Below are positions 59,667 to 64,000 of a stretch of DNA of 64,000 bases, one piece after another. The number at the start of each line of letters is the position of its first letter. Positions within the stretch are counted from its first letter, which is position 1. The translations under genes were made by a program, and so were the position numbers. The DNA comes from Coprothermobacterota bacterium (GTDB lineage Bacteria > Coprothermobacterota > HKB111): the NCBI GenBank assembly GCA_037440465.1, contig JBBIUB010000001.1, forward strand, positions 20,307 to 84,306, read 5' to 3'. Under the pieces are notes generated by a model, which ran no database searches, was not told the DNA's origin, and worked only from the letters and a program-made list of their open reading frames with translations.

Positions 59667-60410
59667 ATGAAGGCTATTATTGCTCTAAAACCTGAGGATA
59701 GTAAAAGACTTATCGCCAGAGGAGTGGTTTCTCTTCCTGAAGTTCATCAGGCTTTGGAAAAAGGTATTATCCACATTGCCCGTGGTACAACCTGTGCTTA
59801 CGTCTTTGAAGAACTTACAGGAAGAAAAATTGATATTAATAAATATGTTGCAGGTTATATCGGAAATGGTGGACTAAGAGTTCTGCCAGCAAATGAGAGG
59901 TTAAAACCTTTTACCTTGAAAAAGGGGGAAGTACTGGAGATTGAACCAAACGAAGTGCTATCTGAGATGGGTTATGGTGATGTTTTTATTAAAGGAGGTA
60001 ATGCTCTTGACTTTGAAGGAAGAGTTGGTGTTTTGTGTGCGAACAGAGAAGGTGGAACTATTGGAGGAGCAATAGGTACAATAACCGCTCGGGGTATCCA
60101 CCTTATTATGCCTATAAGCCTTAGAAAGCTGGTTCCCAACATACCTAAGGGTGCAAATCTTGGTGGTATTGATGAGTGTGACTACACTATGGGAGAAAAA
60201 GTAGCCTTATTCCCTGTTATCAATGGCAAAGTAATAACAGAGATTGATGCCTTCAAGCATCTATTTGACGTAGAAGCTACTCTTATAGCACAGGGTGGTC
60301 TGGGAGATATGGAAGGAGCTTTAATATTTGGATTAGTTGGAGAAAAAAATCAAGTCAACAGAGTCATTGAAAACCTTTGTCTTCCAAAAATCTATCATGG
60401 ACAAACTTAA
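59667..60410 (+). CDS. Conserved hypothetical protein (Gly-rich, 247 aa)
   Basis: Its ATG directly follows the exonuclease TAA. It is Gly-rich (YIGNGGLRV, REGGTIGGAIGTITARG, AQGGLGDMEG), and I recognise no family. Confidence 0.5.
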   Translation: MKAIIALKPEDSKRLIARGVVSLPEVHQALEKGIIHIARGTTCAYVFEELTGRKIDINKYVAGYIGNGGLRVLPANERLKPFTLKKGEVLEIEPNEVLSEMGYGDVFIKGGNALDFEGRVGVLCANREGGTIGGAIGTITARGIHLIMPISLRKLVPNIPKGANLGGIDECDYTMGEKVALFPVINGKVITEIDAFKHLFDVEATLIAQGGLGDMEGALIFGLVGEKNQVNRVIENLCLPKIYHGQT

Positions 60411-61173
60411 TCTTTCTGAAAAAGTAGTTGTTATAACGGGTGTTTCTTCAGGTCTTGGGAAAGAACTATTGCGTGTTTTTCTTGAGAACAAGACTAAAGT
60501 AGCAGGTATTGTAAGGAGAGAAGAAAGCTTAGCTATCCTATCAGAAGAATCCAGAGGGTACAAGATAAAACCTCTATTACTTCATGGTGACATTAGCAAT
60601 CCTGGGAAGATTAAAAATATGGTTGAGAAAGTGGTAGATTACTTTGGAGGTATTAATATCCTTATCAATAACTCAGCAATTAATTTTCCGAGTCCGGCTA
60701 TGAAATATACTATCCATGAATGGAAAGAGACATTGAATGTAAATCTCACTGCACCATTCTTACTTGCTCGCGAGTCATATGAATATATGAAAAAAAGAGG
60801 TGGTGGTTTAATTATTAATATTACCTCTGTAGAAGGAATTCTTCCTACAAATAATCCCCCTTCTATCGCTTATAGTGTTTCCAAAGCTGGATTAATTCAA
60901 CTTACTAGAGCTCTAGCAATAGAGTGGGGAAAAGATAATATAAGAGTTATTGCTGTAGCGCCAGGACCTTTCCCTTCTTTGATGACAGAAGAATTTTTCA
61001 ATGATGAACAATTTTCTCAACTAAAGGAAAATTGGCTTAAGAAAATACCTTTAGGAAGGACAACTACTACCTATGAGATAGCACAGTCTATTGTAGCCTT
61101 AGCCACTCCTGCCTTCAGTTATGCCACAGGAACAGTTTTCGTTCTTGATGGTGGATTAACGGCAGGATTGTAA
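60397..61173 (+). CDS. SDR-family oxidoreductase
   Basis: TGVSSGLGKEL is the TGxxxGxG motif, NNSAI is present, and the catalytic YSVSK is a YxxxK. I took the start at the internal ATG, which overlaps the upstream gene by 14 nt. Confidence 0.8.
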   Translation: MDKLNLSEKVVVITGVSSGLGKELLRVFLENKTKVAGIVRREESLAILSEESRGYKIKPLLLHGDISNPGKIKNMVEKVVDYFGGINILINNSAINFPSPAMKYTIHEWKETLNVNLTAPFLLARESYEYMKKRGGGLIINITSVEGILPTNNPPSIAYSVSKAGLIQLTRALAIEWGKDNIRVIAVAPGPFPSLMTEEFFNDEQFSQLKENWLKKIPLGRTTTTYEIAQSIVALATPAFSYATGTVFVLDGGLTAGL

Positions 61174-61176
61174 ATT

Positions 61177-62436
61177 CTATCTTTTTATCTTATCTATTCC
61201 CATATATTTTCTTAGCACTTCCGGAATGAGAATACTCCCATCAGATTGCTGGTAATTTTCCATTATAGCGATGAGGGTTCTTTCTATGGCAACAGCTGTA
61301 CCATTCAAGGTATGAACAAACTCAACTTTATTCTTTCCTTCTCTGTATCTAATATTAAGTCTTCTGGCTTGAAAATCTGTGCAGTTAGAAGTAGAATGAG
61401 TCTCACGATATCTCCCCTGACCTGGCAACCAGACTTCAATATCATACTTTTTCGCTACAGGAAAACCTAAGTCACCAGTACACATTAATACTACCCGATA
61501 AGGGATCTCCAAACTCTGCATAATCTTCTCTTCTAATGAGAGAAGAAATTCATGCTCATTTATAGACTCCTCCTTCTTACAAAAACTGAACATCTCAACT
61601 TTATCAAATTGATGAACTCGAAAAATACCCTTTACATCTTTTCCGTAAGAACCTGCCTCTCTCCTAAAACAGGTCGAAAATCCAGCATATCTCAAAGGAA
61701 GTGTATTTCCATCAAGAATCTCGTCTTTAAGCATTGGTCCTATAGTCTGTTCTGAAGTAGCTGCTAATCTTAGTTCGTCTGAAGGTACCTTATACATCTC
61801 CTGATCCATTTGAGGTAGATAACCCATACCTATAAAGATATCCTCCTTGGCTAGAACAGGGGGTATAAGTGGAATAAAACCTTCGCTTACAAGAATTTCC
61901 ATAGCATACATTATTAGAGCAAACTGAAGGAGAACAGACTCTCTTTTAAGATAATAAAAACGAGAACCAGAGATCCTGGAGGCCCTCTTAAGATCAATTA
62001 AATCCAGGCTTTCTCCAAGTTGAATATGGTCTTTGACTTGAAAACTAAAATCGAATAGTTCTCCCCATTTTCTAAGAACAATATTTCCATTTTCATCTTT
62101 CCCTTCTGGCACATCATCTTGAGGTAAGTTAGGAAGCTCCATAAGAAGTTTATTAAGAATTTCATCAACTTCTTTTAAGTCAACCTCAATCTTTCTTACA
62201 GTGTCAGAAAGCTCTCTTGCCTTTAATATGCTTTTTTCTTTATCTTCTCCCTTTAGAGTAGCGATTTCCTGAGATACTTTCTTCAGATCAGCTCTTAAAA
62301 TCTCCAGTTCTGCTACAATCTTTCTTCTATCTTTATCTTTATTAAGAATCATGTCTAAATCAATAAATAATTGCTTCTTCCTGATCCCTTCCTTTACTTT
62401 TCCTGCATTTTCTCTGATATATTTAAGGTCAAGCAT
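61177..62436 (-). CDS. serS: Serine--tRNA ligase
   Basis: It has an N-terminal coiled coil and a class II core (FRREAGS, GQGRYRE). It is 419 aa. Confidence 0.95.
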   Translation of the reverse strand: MLDLKYIRENAGKVKEGIRKKQLFIDLDMILNKDKDRRKIVAELEILRADLKKVSQEIATLKGEDKEKSILKARELSDTVRKIEVDLKEVDEILNKLLMELPNLPQDDVPEGKDENGNIVLRKWGELFDFSFQVKDHIQLGESLDLIDLKRASRISGSRFYYLKRESVLLQFALIMYAMEILVSEGFIPLIPPVLAKEDIFIGMGYLPQMDQEMYKVPSDELRLAATSEQTIGPMLKDEILDGNTLPLRYAGFSTCFRREAGSYGKDVKGIFRVHQFDKVEMFSFCKKEESINEHEFLLSLEEKIMQSLEIPYRVVLMCTGDLGFPVAKKYDIEVWLPGQGRYRETHSTSNCTDFQARRLNIRYREGKNKVEFVHTLNGTAVAIERTLIAIMENYQQSDGSILIPEVLRKYMGIDKIKR

Positions 62437-62661
62437 AAATCCTCCTTAATACTACACACTATTTTCATAATATCTACTTTTTATTTTATATCATCTATAG
62501 AGATAATGTTCAGATTTGACCAAGATATGATTTATAAAAGAGTAACACTAATAATAATAATAGAGTTATAATTATTAATGTCTTGACTGTACTCAAGCAG
62601 AAATCTAAAAAAAAAGTGTTTAACTAAAGCTACCTAAAAAAGTATTAAGGAGGTAAATATT

Positions 62662-63534
62662 ATGATTTTGATTGGAGAGAACATCCATATCCTGTCAAAG
62701 GCTGTATCAGATGCCATAAAAGAAAAGAATACCAAGTATTTGCAGGATTTGGCTGTTAAACAGGCAGAAGCAGGTGTAGATTACATTGACTTAAATATTG
62801 GGCCAGCTCGAAAAGATCCTGAAATAATGCTCTGGATTGTAGAATCTATTCAAGAGGTTGTAAACCTGCCATTATCCCTGGATACTACTAACCCTAAAGC
62901 CATGGAAGCAGGACTTTCAGTATGTAAAATTAAGCCATTGATTAACTCTGCTTCAGGTAAGGAAGAAAGTAAATTGGAAATGCTTCCTTTAGCCCAAAAG
63001 TACAACTGTGATGTTATAGTATCTGTATTGACAGATAGAGGAATACCCACTGATGCTACCTCCAGAGCTGAGGCTATTATGGAAACAGTAGCTTATGCTA
63101 ATGAGCTTGGTATTCCAAATGAAAACATCTGGGTAGACCCCATAATGATGCCTATCTCAGTAGACCAGCAGCAAGTAGTAGAACTAATAGAGTTCATGCA
63201 GATGTTACCTGAAATTGCACCTGGGATAAAATCTTCTATTGGTCTATCAAATCTATCTAATGGTACGCCACATCATTTAAGGGCAATCCTTAATAGGATT
63301 GAGCTTATAATTCTTCAGAGATACGGTCTCTACTCTTCTATCGTGGACAGTTTTGACCATGAGCTGGTTGATTTAATGAAAGGTAGGTTACCTAAAATAG
63401 TTGACATTATCTACAAAACTATGGATGACGAAATAGACCTTTCCAGTCTCAGTATAAATGAATTAAATATAGCAAAAACAGTCAATGTTCTGATGGGAAA
63501 GACTCTATATTCCCACTCCTGGCTGGAAATCTAA
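62662..63534 (+). CDS. acsE: Methyltetrahydrofolate:corrinoid/iron-sulfur protein methyltransferase (pterin-binding, MeTr)
   Basis: It is co-linear with Moorella AcsE: MILIGENIH vs MLIIGERIN; DLNIGPA vs DLNVGPA; SLDTTNPKAMEAGL vs CLDSTNIKAIEAGL; LINSASG vs MINSTNA; IGLSNLSNG vs LGLSNVSQN. A strong RBS (AAGGAGG) is upstream. Confidence 0.8.
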   Translation: MILIGENIHILSKAVSDAIKEKNTKYLQDLAVKQAEAGVDYIDLNIGPARKDPEIMLWIVESIQEVVNLPLSLDTTNPKAMEAGLSVCKIKPLINSASGKEESKLEMLPLAQKYNCDVIVSVLTDRGIPTDATSRAEAIMETVAYANELGIPNENIWVDPIMMPISVDQQQVVELIEFMQMLPEIAPGIKSSIGLSNLSNGTPHHLRAILNRIELIILQRYGLYSSIVDSFDHELVDLMKGRLPKIVDIIYKTMDDEIDLSSLSINELNIAKTVNVLMGKTLYSHSWLEI

Positions 63535-63555
63535 TCGAAAGGTAGGTATTAAAAA

Positions 63556-64000
63556 AGGTGAAAGAATTCTTAGAATCCTATAAAGGAGAAATAAAAGAAG
63601 TCGTCCTGGGGAAAGAAGGTAAATCACTGATTATAGGTGGAGAAAATACCCTTCCATTTCACACTTTTGAGGGTAAAATGCCCCATCTACCTGTCCTGGC
63701 TTTAGAAGTATGGGACAAAGAACCAGAAAATTGGCCAGAACATCTCTTGAGCAATTTCTCTGATGTAATTTCCTCACCCTTAAAATGGGCTAAAAAGTGT
63801 GTGGATGTATTCAAAGCCGATCTGGTATCCTTATACCTTGCTTCCACAGATTCAGATGAGTTCGACTCTACAAAGGTAGCATTAATGGTAAAAGAGATAG
63901 CTGAATCTCTTCCTGTACCTTTAACTGTTCAGGGTATCGGAGATAAAGATAAAGATGTTATTGTGCTAAAAGAAGTTGCCAAAGTGTGCGCTGGCGAAAG
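63556..64000 (+). CDS. acsD: Corrinoid iron-sulfur protein small subunit (AcsD/CdhD), 3'-partial at the window end
   Basis: It has a GTG start with an upstream AGGTAGG. It aligns with Moorella AcsD: VVLGKEGKSLIIGGENTLPFHTFEG vs VVLGATKDQ...IVVGGDAALPFHHFEG; WAKKCVDVFKADLV vs WAQKCVAEYGADLI; VPLTVQGIGD vs VPLVVVGCGD. The frame is open to the end of the window. Confidence 0.7.

Noticed and set aside
63659-63847. Minus-strand 62-aa ORF
   Set aside because: It lies antisense within the acsD reading frame, which is strongly supported by homology.

Overview
This is a 64-kb chromosomal window from a low-GC (about 37%) bacterium whose predicted proteins are rich in K, E and I. Gene density is high and many genes overlap by a few bases (ATGA-type junctions), which suggests translational coupling. 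I support about 60 protein genes, two tRNAs (Arg-CCG and Thr-CGT), one strong rho-independent terminator or attenuator, one degraded flavoprotein pseudogene and one tRNA-adjacent inverted-repeat element.

The main blocks, in order:
- An SLH-anchored peptide/nickel-type solute-binding protein followed by two ABC permeases (1.7-5.8 kb).
- A 13-kb minus-strand operon for pyruvylated secondary cell wall polymer (SCWP) synthesis: TagO/WecA, MnaA, a MurA paralog, MurJ, LCP, Wzy-like polymerase, two glycosyltransferases, UDP-ManNAc dehydrogenase, TagA and CsaB. This is the ligand system for SLH domains (5.7-19 kb).
- Housekeeping genes: upp, rpiB, degV, lysS, greA, ksgA, ispE, ahcY, purA, purB and serS.
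- An acyl-ACP-reductase-like oxidoreductase paired with an AroM-like protein.
- An amine-dehydrogenase-like gene, tdh and kbl in one operon.
- An SLH-anchored 5'-nucleotidase.
- A 10-kb nucleoside scavenging island: BMP/PnrA-type ABC transporter, two nucleoside hydrolases, an MtaD-like deaminase, ribokinase, a FucI-like isomerase and an ADP-ribosylglycohydrolase.
- A split MgtE-like membrane protein pair.
- An operon of a PolB-type 3'-5' exonuclease, an unknown protein and an SDR.
- The start of a Wood-Ljungdahl cluster (acsE, then acsD) at the right edge.

I found no CRISPR array, transposase, integrase or recognisable defence system. The most unusual material is the envelope-anchoring system (SLH proteins plus a complete SCWP pyruvylation operon), the tRNA-adjacent repeat element, and several uncharacterised gene pairs embedded in otherwise well-understood operons.
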